Of a DNA stretch of 64,000 nt, positions 10,100 through 19,163 are shown piece by piece. Source of the stretch: Alphaproteobacteria bacterium (GTDB taxonomy: Bacteria > Pseudomonadota > Alphaproteobacteria > UBA7887); contig CBDCGL010000011.1 in the NCBI GenBank assembly GCA_965216755.1, forward strand, positions 4,352,001 through 4,416,000, read 5' to 3'. Made by a program: the position numbers and the translations under genes. Numbering within the stretch: position 1 is the first letter of the stretch; the number at the start of each line of letters is the position of its first letter. The notes under the pieces were generated by a model. That model was not told where the DNA came from. It did no database searches and saw only the letters and a list, made by a program, of their open reading frames with translations.

Positions 10100-10203
10100 G
10101 ATGCGTCCCTATACATTGTGAATGACAAGATCTGTCCGTCAGAATAGGACGATGCGCGCGGCGATGCGACCGATTCGATGTCATCGGTCAGCCCCAGGGG
10201 GAC

Positions 10204-10833
10204 TCAATCGGATAGCATCAGGCCGATGATCAGGATGGCGATCAAAACACCGGCGATGGCCAGGCCGAGGCGGCGTCGGCGCGCGCTGGACCACGGTTTG
10301 TATCCGAACACGCCCTGCGTTCGGTCGCCAACTAGCCGGTAGGCCGGTAACGACTGATCGTCAGTATTCGACCCGCTGATCTTGCCAAATGTGAACGGGA
10401 GCCCCGCGTCAAGGCGATCGACGATTGACGCGGCGACAATCACATCACCGCTATCGGCGGACTTTGCCAATGCCCTGGCTTCGGCGATCGCCGCGGTTTG
10501 GCGATCTGGGCTGTCGTTCCGCGGAACCACCGCAATGCGGGGCGGCGGCGTGGCTTCAATGTGCCGCGGTCGATCGGCATAGGCACGCGCCAATGCCGCG
10601 CCTGCCACGATGGCCCGTAACGGTTCGTCAAACACTGCGACGAGCGGCCCATCTGGTTGGTCAATGATCTGGCCGCGTTGCTGGGCAACTGTGGCTGCGA
10701 AAGCGCGGCGCAGGCGGGCATAGTCCGCACCTGGGCGCGCATCTTGCTCGGGTGATTCGAGGGATTGAACGGTCGCAGCCCACAAAAGGGCAGACATCGT
10801 ATCGGCGCTCCCAGCAAGAGACCCAGCCGCCAT
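10204..10833 (-). CDS. Degenerate class III nucleotide cyclase-like protein with C-terminal TM helix
   Basis: Spacing resembles the cyclase fold (QRGQIIDQPDGPLVAVF, AEARALAKSADSGDVIVAASI, AYRL) but the canonical catalytic motifs are absent; C-terminal hydrophobic helix. Confidence 0.6.
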   Translation of the reverse strand: MAAGSLAGSADTMSALLWAATVQSLESPEQDARPGADYARLRRAFAATVAQQRGQIIDQPDGPLVAVFDEPLRAIVAGAALARAYADRPRHIEATPPPRIAVVPRNDSPDRQTAAIAEARALAKSADSGDVIVAASIVDRLDAGLPFTFGKISGSNTDDQSLPAYRLVGDRTQGVFGYKPWSSARRRRLGLAIAGVLIAILIIGLMLSD

Positions 10834-10960
10834 GGCGATTGATGTTGGTATCAGCTCGCCGCGCGAAAATCTCCCAAAATCCGCCTGTCCTCAACCAGTC
10901 ATTAACGATTGCCCACGTAATTTGCCAATCTGAGAAAAAGAACTGTTTGGGGGGCAATAT

Positions 10961-11689
10961 ATGTCCGTTTCCAGGCGGACCATGTTGGTCGGTGGATTGG
11001 GTATTGCCGCGGGTGCGGTCACTGGCGCGACGCCAATAGTTGCAGCGCCAAACAGTTTTGCGTTTCGTGCGACGGATCTGCTCTTCTTCTATGGTACAAT
11101 TGGCTTGATGCGACCGCGCAACGAAGGTCCGCCCGGTCCAGGTTGGGTGCGCAAATGGGCGGCACCGGCCGAGGTTGTGTTGCGTGGACGCGTCAAACCA
11201 GAGTTCGGCGCCACCATCGACATTATTCTGCATCGCCTTTCGGTTTTGACCGGGCAAGAGTTTAGGCGCGTGCGTGGTTTCGATCCGACGGCCAAACGAC
11301 AGCAGATCGTGGTTGATTTCTTGCCGCGCGACGAAATGGCCCGGCGCTATCCGGGACGTTGGCGGGTTTATGGATTTACGCGCACTTGGGGGCATCGTGG
11401 CAAAATTCATGCGGGCCGTATCGAAGTCGACGAGACCGCGCTCGATTGTTTGCATCACGAATTTATGCACGCCATTGGCTTCGATAATCACTGGCCGGGC
11501 GCGGTCGGCAATGTACAAGCCCATTCGGCATTGGCGCGGCGTGACACGGCCCACCGCGTAAATGGCTTTTCGCCCTGGGATGAACACGCGATCCGCGTGC
11601 ACTACGACAATCGGATATGGCCCGGGACGCGCCGAGACGACGCATTGTCGGTGGCTCACAATGTCATCGGCGAGTTTTCGGCCGCCTGA
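10961..11689 (+). CDS. Tat-exported DUF2927-like putative zinc metallopeptidase
   Basis: SRRTML Tat signal; VRKW motif; CLHHEFMHAIGFDNH HExxH motif. Confidence 0.75.
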   Translation: MSVSRRTMLVGGLGIAAGAVTGATPIVAAPNSFAFRATDLLFFYGTIGLMRPRNEGPPGPGWVRKWAAPAEVVLRGRVKPEFGATIDIILHRLSVLTGQEFRRVRGFDPTAKRQQIVVDFLPRDEMARRYPGRWRVYGFTRTWGHRGKIHAGRIEVDETALDCLHHEFMHAIGFDNHWPGAVGNVQAHSALARRDTAHRVNGFSPWDEHAIRVHYDNRIWPGTRRDDALSVAHNVIGEFSAA

Positions 11690-11764
11690 CTGACCCTCGA
11701 TTGGGCCGCCACTCCTTCGTTTTTCTTGACAGCACGACGCGGCTTGGCGCCCGCGACGATGGCC

Positions 11765-12088
11765 TTAAAGGCTGTCCCCAAATACCGCATCGGGCAGCGG
11801 GCCGGCCCAATCATGACCCGATGCGATCACGCATGCGGTGCGATTGGTGCGGGTCTTTAGCACCATCCAGCGGCCCTCACCATTGACATAGAGTTCGGTC
11901 ACGGTTCGTCCTTGGGCGCCGAGGCCGGCGCCCAGGCGTTCGACGCCATAGCGGTCTTTCAACACTTTGACCGCGTCGTCGTAGGGCAAACAGTCCAAAT
12001 CGGCGTGGCTGGGCCGTACCTGTAGCCCTAAGGCAACGACTGCGGCCACGGTCAGGGTCCATATTGTTCGTTTGGCGACGCGTTCCAT
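11765..12088 (-). CDS. Small secreted two-Cys hypothetical protein (paralogue of 40792-41109)
   Basis: Signal peptide; C...YG...GL...TELYV...W......C...G..W pattern shared with 40792-41109. Confidence 0.75.
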   Translation of the reverse strand: MERVAKRTIWTLTVAAVVALGLQVRPSHADLDCLPYDDAVKVLKDRYGVERLGAGLGAQGRTVTELYVNGEGRWMVLKTRTNRTACVIASGHDWAGPLPDAVFGDSL

Positions 12089-12247
12089 CGTGCGTCCGCT
12101 CCCTGTCTTTTGCCAGGGAGTCTGTTTTCTGACGCCATTGTGGTCATGATCCAAATGGACCATGCGCCGCCTGTTCCGCGCCATCCTGAATTTCTCTGCA
12201 ACTGGCGCTATATTTGCGGCGTGAAAACGCACCGCCCGGGGGGCGCT

Positions 12248-14572
12248 ATGGACCAGGCGATAGAGGCTGAAACAACTGGCGAAACGACCATCGACCCGGT
12301 TTGCGGGATGACAGTCACACCGGCGACGGCCCGCTTCACGCATGGTCACGAAGACCAGACGTACTATTTCTGCTGTGCACGCTGCCAGGAGCGCTTCGCC
12401 GGCGATCCGGCCCAATTTATGGCCGGCGGCGCGCCACCGGAACCTTTGCCGGGTGCTGAGTCGATCACCCATACCTGCCCCATGCACCCCGAAGTCGTGC
12501 GGCTCGGGCCCGGCGATTGCCCGCTGTGCGGCATGGCCTTGGAGCCGGCGGCGATATCCTTGGATGAGGGTGAGCCACCTGAATTGATCGACTTTCGCCG
12601 CCGATTTTGGATCGGTGCGGCATGCGCGCTGCCACTGATCGTGCTCGCTATGGTGCCGCACCTGACCGGCTTCGACTTTGGCTTGTCAGGCCAGTCTTCG
12701 GCTTGGCTGCAGTTCATATTGGCGACGCCGGTTGTGTTGTGGGCCGGTTGGCCCTTTTTTCAGCGTGGCTGGGCTTCGGTAAGAACGCGCCATCTCAACA
12801 TGTTCACGTTGATCGCTTTGGGTTCTGGTGTTGCCTATGTCTATAGCGTCCTTGCGACCTTGGCACCGGCCTGGTTCCCGGATGGGTTTCGACGCCCTGA
12901 TGGGGCCGTTGATGTCTATTTCGAGGCTGCCGCCGTCATCGTGCTTTTGGTATTGCTGGGTCAGATCTTGGAGCTCCGGGCCCGTGACCGCACCCGTGGT
13001 GCGGTGCGCGCGTTGCTCGATCTCAGCCCCAAGACCGCGCGGCGGGTCTCCGGCGACGGCGACGAGCAGGATGTTGCCCTTGATGACGTGGTGCCCGGTG
13101 ACGTTCTGCGCGTGCGGCCGGGCGAAAAAGTGCCGGTTGACGGGACGATAATCGAAGGCAAAAGCGCGGTTGACGAGTCGATGGTGACGGGCGAGCCGGT
13201 CGCCGTCGTGAAGTCCGTCGGCGATACTGTGATTGGTGCCACGGTCAACGGCACCGGAGGCTTCGTCATGCGCGCCGATCGGGTCGGTGCCGAGACCATG
13301 CTGGCAAATATCGTGCGCTTGGTCGCGGATGCACAGCGTAGTCGCGCCCCGATCCAGAGCGTCGCCGACTCGGTTGCCGGCGTTTTTGTTCCACTGGTTC
13401 TGGTCATCGCAATTGCCGCGTTCACGGTCTGGTCGATTTTTGGCCCTGAGCCGCGCCTGGGCTATGGCCTGGTCGCGGCTGTGTCGGTGTTGATCATCGC
13501 CTGTCCGTGTGCGCTGGGCTTGGCGACACCGATGTCGATCATGGTGGGTACTGGCCGGGGCGCCCAAGCCGGCGTGCTGATTCGCAACGCCGCGGCATTG
13601 GAGCGGCTCGAAAAAGTCGACACGTTGGTTGTCGATAAGACCGGGACCCTGACCGAGGGGCGGCCGTCCGTGACCGACATCATCTGTGCCGAGGGCACCG
13701 ACCCACAAGATGTGCTGATTTGGGCCGCTGCCATTGAGAGGTCCAGCGAACACCCGCTGGCTGCGGCCATCGTCGAAGCTGCGGCTGAAGCTGCAACCCG
13801 GGTCCCTTCGGTCAAATCGTTCGCGGCCATGGCGGGCTTGGGCGCCCGCGGTATCGTTGGCGGGAAAATCGTCGTCGTCGGCAATGACGGCATGATGCGC
13901 GCTGCGGGCGCTGATTTGAGCGCGTGGCAAGATCGCTCTCAATCGTTGCGCGCGACCGGTGCCACGGTGGTATACGTCGCGGTCGACGGTGCGGTTATGG
14001 GCATGCTCGTAATTTCGGATCGCATCAAGGACGGTGCTGCTGAGACTTTGGCGACCTTGCGCGCCAGCGGACTGTCCATCGTCATGCTCACCGGGGATCA
14101 TCGGGCCAGCGCCAAGGCGGTCGCCGCGCAGCTCGGCATCGAGGTCGTCCATGCCGAGATATTGCCCGAGGATAAGGGGGCGACCATCAAGGCGTTAAGA
14201 GGTGATGGTCGACGGGTCGCCATGGCGGGAGACGGTATAAACGACGCCCCGGGCTTGGCTGCCGCGGACGTTGGCATCGCCGTGGGCACCGGCACCGACA
14301 TTGCCATCGAGAGTGCGGATATGACGCTGATACATGGTGACTTGCGTGGCATTTTAAGGGCCCGATGGTTGAGCTTGGGCGTCATGCGCAACATTCGGCA
14401 GAATTTGTTTTTGGCGTTTGTCTACAATGGCCTGGCTGTGCCGGTGGCGGCCGGTGTGTTGTTTCCCTGGTTCGGTGTGACGCTGAGCCCGATGATCGCG
14501 GCCGCGGCCATGAGCCTGAGTTCGGTATCGGTTATCAGCAACGCGCTGAGACTGAGGTCGCTGTCGCTCTAA
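12248..14572 (+). CDS. copA: Cu(I)-translocating P1B-type ATPase with YHS and heavy-metal-binding domains
   Basis: DPVCGM/YFCCARC, TCPMHP..CPLCGM, CPC, DKTGT, SEHPL, GDGIND, YN and MSLSS signatures. Confidence 0.95.
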   Translation: MDQAIEAETTGETTIDPVCGMTVTPATARFTHGHEDQTYYFCCARCQERFAGDPAQFMAGGAPPEPLPGAESITHTCPMHPEVVRLGPGDCPLCGMALEPAAISLDEGEPPELIDFRRRFWIGAACALPLIVLAMVPHLTGFDFGLSGQSSAWLQFILATPVVLWAGWPFFQRGWASVRTRHLNMFTLIALGSGVAYVYSVLATLAPAWFPDGFRRPDGAVDVYFEAAAVIVLLVLLGQILELRARDRTRGAVRALLDLSPKTARRVSGDGDEQDVALDDVVPGDVLRVRPGEKVPVDGTIIEGKSAVDESMVTGEPVAVVKSVGDTVIGATVNGTGGFVMRADRVGAETMLANIVRLVADAQRSRAPIQSVADSVAGVFVPLVLVIAIAAFTVWSIFGPEPRLGYGLVAAVSVLIIACPCALGLATPMSIMVGTGRGAQAGVLIRNAAALERLEKVDTLVVDKTGTLTEGRPSVTDIICAEGTDPQDVLIWAAAIERSSEHPLAAAIVEAAAEAATRVPSVKSFAAMAGLGARGIVGGKIVVVGNDGMMRAAGADLSAWQDRSQSLRATGATVVYVAVDGAVMGMLVISDRIKDGAAETLATLRASGLSIVMLTGDHRASAKAVAAQLGIEVVHAEILPEDKGATIKALRGDGRRVAMAGDGINDAPGLAAADVGIAVGTGTDIAIESADMTLIHGDLRGILRARWLSLGVMRNIRQNLFLAFVYNGLAVPVAAGVLFPWFGVTLSPMIAAAAMSLSSVSVISNALRLRSLSL

Positions 14573-14791
14573 CCGCGCATGCTCGTGGGAATCATGGCCC
14601 ATTCTTCAGCCGATCGCGCCTCGCGACGCGATCACTAACGTTCTCGAATAGCTGGTAAAACCGCTTCAACCTTGCGATTCCGCCCAATCTACGGTAGTAG
14701 GAGGTGCTCGAAAAAGGCCGACGTCCTGCGCCGGACGATCGATCTAAGGTCAGAATTGACCAGAGTTCTAGGGCCGAAAGGCTGGGGAGTT

Positions 14792-15277
14792 ATGTGCGGT
14801 ATCACCGGCAAGTGGCTGCGTCAGCTTTTTGCGCTGACGCTGATGGGTAGTTTTTTCGCGAATTTCTGTGGCGTGGCACATGCAAGTTTGGTGTCCGGCG
14901 GGGCTGAACCGCAGGTCGACCAAATGTCCGCCGGCTCGCTCGATCTGGACGGGTTGAAACAGGGCCTGCGCGAGACTGATGCGATCGGCTTGATCGCCAA
15001 ACTTTCGTTGCGCAGTGCTTTGTCTGATTTGGTGTCAGACTTCGAGCGTTATCACGATGGCACAAGTGAGCAGTCATTGGGCGCCCTTGAGGGTGCCTTT
15101 GATCGGCTTTATTTGCGGGCGCTCTTTGCCCTGGAAGCCGGTGATCCACCATTATTTGAATCTTTGGCGCGGTCGCGCACGGCACTATGGGATACCGTCA
15201 CTGACCCGGATTTGTTCCGCGCGGCGGTGGAACAAAGGCACCCGATTGCGCGCGGGCGCGGTGTTTCGAGCCGCTAG
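14792..15277 (+). CDS. Hypothetical exported protein
   Basis: RBS GGGGAG before ATG 14792; signal peptide; helical mature domain. Confidence 0.6.
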   Translation: MCGITGKWLRQLFALTLMGSFFANFCGVAHASLVSGGAEPQVDQMSAGSLDLDGLKQGLRETDAIGLIAKLSLRSALSDLVSDFERYHDGTSEQSLGALEGAFDRLYLRALFALEAGDPPLFESLARSRTALWDTVTDPDLFRAAVEQRHPIARGRGVSSR

Positions 15278-15380
15278 AGTATTTCACGCTCACATGCGTT
15301 GGCATGTCATGCTCTATCTATCTGATATCGATCAATTCAACTTCGTTCAAACGGTTTCGTTTGAACGAAGGTCGATCTGG
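15274..15380. repeat. Dispersed ~107-bp palindromic element, copy A
   Basis: Aligns end to end with 43232-43337 (CACATGC.T..GCATG.CA.GCT.TATCTAT.TGATATCGATCAA...TTCAAACG...GTT.GAACG...GATCT); starts at CTAG. Confidence 0.8.
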
Positions 15381-15460
15381 CACGTCGATTAAGAAGTCTG
15401 ACGAGACACCATCCGCACGATGGCGTGGCCTTAGTCGCGTCATACAAACGCCGAAACGCC

Positions 15461-17224
15461 TCAGTCTAAGCCGGCCGCCCGCAGCAACCCGGCAATCCGG
15501 TCGCGCACGGCCGCATCGCTGAATGGCGCCGTGGCCATAAGATTCGCGACGGTCTGTTTCGGATAGCGGGCCCGATATCGGTCCATGGCACGCCGTGCGT
15601 CTTCGTCCCGACCCAATGCGCCGAGGGCGGCCGCATACCAGCGCAGATAGAGCTCCGGCGAGCTATCCATACGTTCCATGGCATCGACGGCAGCCTGATA
15701 GCGCTCAGCGATCACATGTGCGACCACAACAACGCCCCGCGCCCAAGGTGATAAGTTTGGGTTGCGGCGGGACGCTTCTTCCATCAGGTCGATGGCCGTA
15801 TCCGACGCGCCGTTGAAGCAATGTGCATAGGCCAGGAAGCCGTAAGCGTCGACATCATTCGGATTTAGACGGAGCCCGCGTTCAAAGGCACGTATGGCGT
15901 CCTGAAGGTGACCGGACCATTGATGGACCAGTCCGAGCGTCAGGTGATTGGTGTGGGACGCGGGGTTTATCTCCACGCCCCGTTGGGCGAGCGTTCGCGC
16001 CTGCGCCAACGTCGCTCTGGGATCGGAGGTCCACTGATTGTCGTATTCAATCAGATAGGTCCAAGCGAGGCTGGCATAGGCGCGCGCATAGCTCGGGTCC
16101 AACTCGATCGCCTGCTGGTAAAGTTCGCGCGCCTTTTGGTTGTCTTCGGGTGTGAACCGAAACCAGAATTCACGCCCCTGCAGCACCAAATCGTAGGCCT
16201 GCAGATTCTCGGGCCGATCTTCGCCACGGACCCGACGACGTTCGCTGGTTTCTAGCTGCTGCGGCAATGACGCCACGATTCGCGCGGTGACCTCATCTTG
16301 CACCGCAAACACATCTTTAAGATCGCGGTCGAACCGTTCCGCCCACAAATGATGACCGTTCGTGCCGTCGACCAATTGCGCCGTGATGCGCACCCGTTCG
16401 CCTGAACGGCGCACGCTGCCCTCCAGCACATAGCGGACTCCGAGCTCACGCGCGACCGTTTGGACCTTGACCGGGCGATTCTTATAGGTGAACACCGAAT
16501 TTCGCGCGGCGACCGCCAATTCCTGGAAGCGGGCGAGTTCGGTGATGATGTCCTCGGTGATTCCGTCGGCGAAGTAGTCCTGGTCGTCACCGCCGCCCAT
16601 ATTGTCGAACGGCAGAACGGCGATGCTCACGCGCGCCGGCGGGCGTGTGGAGACAGCGGTATCGGCCGCGCTCGATGATGGGTCCGAGGCCTCGGTGTGC
16701 ATATGGAATACGTGCACCGGGGCATCGATATTTTTGACTTCGTGGGTGCCGCGATCGTCGAAATCGTAGGATACGCGCTTGCGAACTTGTTCGAAAACGC
16801 TCGCCGAGACTGCCACGCCGCCGGGCGCGGCAAGAGCCTGCAAGCGCGCCGCGACGTTGATACCGTCGCCGAAGATCGTGCCATCTGGCTGAACCACCAC
16901 GTCGCCCAAATGGACACCAATGCGAAACCGCATGCGTCGTTCTTCGGGTAGTTCAGCGTTACGCGCCGCCAGGTCCTCTTGAAGGTCGGCCGCGCACCGG
17001 ACCGCGTCGACGACGCTGGGAAACTCGGCCAAGATTGCGTCGCCGGTCGCGTCGACCAGCCGCCCACCATGTGCGTCCGAGCGGCCACGAAACACGTCGC
17101 GGCAGGCGCGCAGCGCGGCGATGGTGGCCACCTCGTCGTCTCGCATGAGTCGCGAATATCCAACCACGTCGGCGCTCATGAGCGCCGCCAATTTGCGATG
17201 TGGTGCCGTGTCGTTCACAAGCAT
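15461..17224 (-). CDS. Cytoplasmic class III nucleotide cyclase - TolB-like - TPR protein
   Basis: LMSADVVGYSRL, TGDA, GDGINVAARLQ, SIAVLPFDNM, TPR repeats; no TM segment. Confidence 0.93.
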   Translation of the reverse strand: MLVNDTAPHRKLAALMSADVVGYSRLMRDDEVATIAALRACRDVFRGRSDAHGGRLVDATGDAILAEFPSVVDAVRCAADLQEDLAARNAELPEERRMRFRIGVHLGDVVVQPDGTIFGDGINVAARLQALAAPGGVAVSASVFEQVRKRVSYDFDDRGTHEVKNIDAPVHVFHMHTEASDPSSSAADTAVSTRPPARVSIAVLPFDNMGGGDDQDYFADGITEDIITELARFQELAVAARNSVFTYKNRPVKVQTVARELGVRYVLEGSVRRSGERVRITAQLVDGTNGHHLWAERFDRDLKDVFAVQDEVTARIVASLPQQLETSERRRVRGEDRPENLQAYDLVLQGREFWFRFTPEDNQKARELYQQAIELDPSYARAYASLAWTYLIEYDNQWTSDPRATLAQARTLAQRGVEINPASHTNHLTLGLVHQWSGHLQDAIRAFERGLRLNPNDVDAYGFLAYAHCFNGASDTAIDLMEEASRRNPNLSPWARGVVVVAHVIAERYQAAVDAMERMDSSPELYLRWYAAALGALGRDEDARRAMDRYRARYPKQTVANLMATAPFSDAAVRDRIAGLLRAAGLD

Positions 17225-17381
17225 CCCCTCAAGGCACCGGCGCGGGTCCGTGGTGCTGCTTGCCAAGGTCGTTCGATGCCGCACTGGTCGCGATATGGGC
17301 GCCCGGTTCGGTCGTTACAACGCGTGTCAAGTCATGGTGAAACGGCAGTCCTGGTTTTTTCGATGGTCCCACAGTGTCAAA

Positions 17382-18341
17382 CTACCGCTTTTCGGTGTCG
17401 CGATCCGCGCTCAACGCGGCGGCAACGGCGGTGCGACCGGGGATTGGGGCGACCGCGCCATAGCCGCAGGTCGACAACGCGGCCGCAACATTCGCGGTCG
17501 TCGCGGCCTCAAAGACCGGCGTTTTAGCGATCAATGCCGCCAGAAACGCACCAGCGAATGTGTCGCCCGCGCCCGTGGCGTCAACCGCGTTCGCTTTGTA
17601 TGGCGCAATGCGGCGCCGCGCCCGGCCCGTCGCGACCAAGGCGCCGTTCGCACCCATTTTCAGCGCGACCACGTCGCAACCTAGTCCCAAATAAAAATCG
17701 ACGATCGCATCCGGTTCTCTGAGCCCGGTTAGCAGCACGGCATCGTCCAAACTCGGCAGGGCAATGTCAGCTTGCGCGATGGCTCCATGAATGACCGCGC
17801 GTGCGCGGGCCAATGGCCACAACTGCGCTCTGAAGTTTGTGTCGTAGGACACGCGCACGCCATTGGCCTTGGCGATGTCGATGGCGCGAAAAGCGGCGTC
17901 ACAGGCGCCGTCGCTAATTGCCTGGCTGATTCCGGACATGTGGACGATCTGCGCCTGGGCGATCAATGTCTCGGGAATTTGCGCCGTGCCAAAGCGGCTG
18001 GCTGCGGAGCCGGCGCGGTAATAGGTAAATGCGTGGCCATCATCATGGTGGGTCACGAAATAAACGCCGGTTGGGGCGTCGGGGTCACGAAGGACGTGGC
18101 TGTGATCCACTCCTTCGCGCCGCCATAGTTCCACCAAGGCATCGCCGAAGACGTCGCGGCCAACCGCGGTGACATAGGCGACACGCGCGCCCTGGCGTGC
18201 GGCCGCGATGGCACAATTCGACGTGTCGCCGCCGTAACCCCAGGTGAATGCGCCGAGAACGCGGTCAGGCCCGGCCTGATTAAACTCGACCATGGGCTCG
18301 CCGAAGCAAACGATCTGAGCGACAGGCGGTGTGGTTGCCAC
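17382..18341 (-). CDS. kdgK: 2-keto-3-deoxygluconate kinase (PfkB family)
   Basis: GGDTSNCAIAAARQG, YYRAGSAAS, YDTNFR and DATGAGDTFAG; directly downstream of eda. Confidence 0.85.
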   Translation of the reverse strand: MATTPPVAQIVCFGEPMVEFNQAGPDRVLGAFTWGYGGDTSNCAIAAARQGARVAYVTAVGRDVFGDALVELWRREGVDHSHVLRDPDAPTGVYFVTHHDDGHAFTYYRAGSAASRFGTAQIPETLIAQAQIVHMSGISQAISDGACDAAFRAIDIAKANGVRVSYDTNFRAQLWPLARARAVIHGAIAQADIALPSLDDAVLLTGLREPDAIVDFYLGLGCDVVALKMGANGALVATGRARRRIAPYKANAVDATGAGDTFAGAFLAALIAKTPVFEAATTANVAAALSTCGYGAVAPIPGRTAVAAALSADRDTEKR

Positions 18342-18345
18342 GGCC

Positions 18346-18981
18346 CTAGGCTTGTGCCGCCGCGGCACGATAGCCGCGGGCATTGGCGACGAATGCATCG
18401 CGCGCCCCGTCGCGGATCAATTCTTCATTGATCAAGTTGCCGCCAACGCCGACGAGGGCCGCGCCGGCCTGCAGATAGGCGTCAATGTCATCGCGGCCAA
18501 TACCACCTGTCGGCACCAACGGCACCGACGGAAACACCGCTTTGAGCGCGTGGATATGCGCCGGGCCGCCGGCGCTGGACGCGGGAAAAATCTTCACCGC
18601 ATCGGCGCCCGCGGTGGCGGCATTGTGAACTTCGGTCGGTGTATAGGCTCCCAACAAGCACGGGATCCGCGCCTCATGACAGAGTCCGACAAGGCTCGGC
18701 GCGGTGACCGGAGATACAATAAACCGCGCATTGGCCTGCAGACAGCGTTCAGCGTCGGCCTCGGACATCACCGAGCCAGCCCCGATAATGATACCCTGGT
18801 CATCGCGATATGAGTCGATGAGCGCGATGGCATCAGGGATCGTCAGCGTGATTTCGGCAGTATTGAATCCGGCCAGGTGTAGCCAGTCGACGGCGGTGCG
18901 CGCGCTTGCCGCTGTGGTTGTGCGAATGACCGGGATCACGCGCTGGCTGCCGAAAATGTGTAATTGCCTGTGGCCGATCAT
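18346..18981 (-). CDS. eda: KDPG/KHG aldolase
   Basis: PVIR, EITLT, GAGSV, FIVSP, TPTE, VKIFPA and PTGGI motifs. Confidence 0.92.
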   Translation of the reverse strand: MIGHRQLHIFGSQRVIPVIRTTTAASARTAVDWLHLAGFNTAEITLTIPDAIALIDSYRDDQGIIIGAGSVMSEADAERCLQANARFIVSPVTAPSLVGLCHEARIPCLLGAYTPTEVHNAATAGADAVKIFPASSAGGPAHIHALKAVFPSVPLVPTGGIGRDDIDAYLQAGAALVGVGGNLINEELIRDGARDAFVANARGYRAAAAQA

Positions 18982-19059
18982 GACAATCGCAAAGATAACC
19001 GAAAATGCCCCCATTGGTTAGGCGTTGGTTGGTGCTGCGGCGGCCCTTGGACGGGTTGT

Positions 19060-19092
19060 TTAAGGGTTTTTTCACGCTAACCGACTATTAAC
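19060..19092. promoter_or_regulatory. Two tandem near-consensus CtrA-like boxes
   Basis: TTAA-GGGTTTT-TTCA (19060-19074) and CTAA-CCGACTA-TTAAC (19077-19092) versus consensus TTAA-N7-TTAA, in the eda/alg8 divergent gap. Confidence 0.45.
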
Positions 19093-19163
19093 AAGATGTT
19101 TCGACCGGCGCGTCACGAGTGCGGTGACGGGGCCGGTTGTTCCTTGTTTGAGCCTGCCCAAAG

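Noticed and set aside
12686-14152. 488-aa minus-strand ORF and similar long antisense ORFs (51363-52439, 57786-58967, 25823-26539, 19113-20069)
   Set aside because: Shadow frames opposite well-supported genes in GC-rich DNA.
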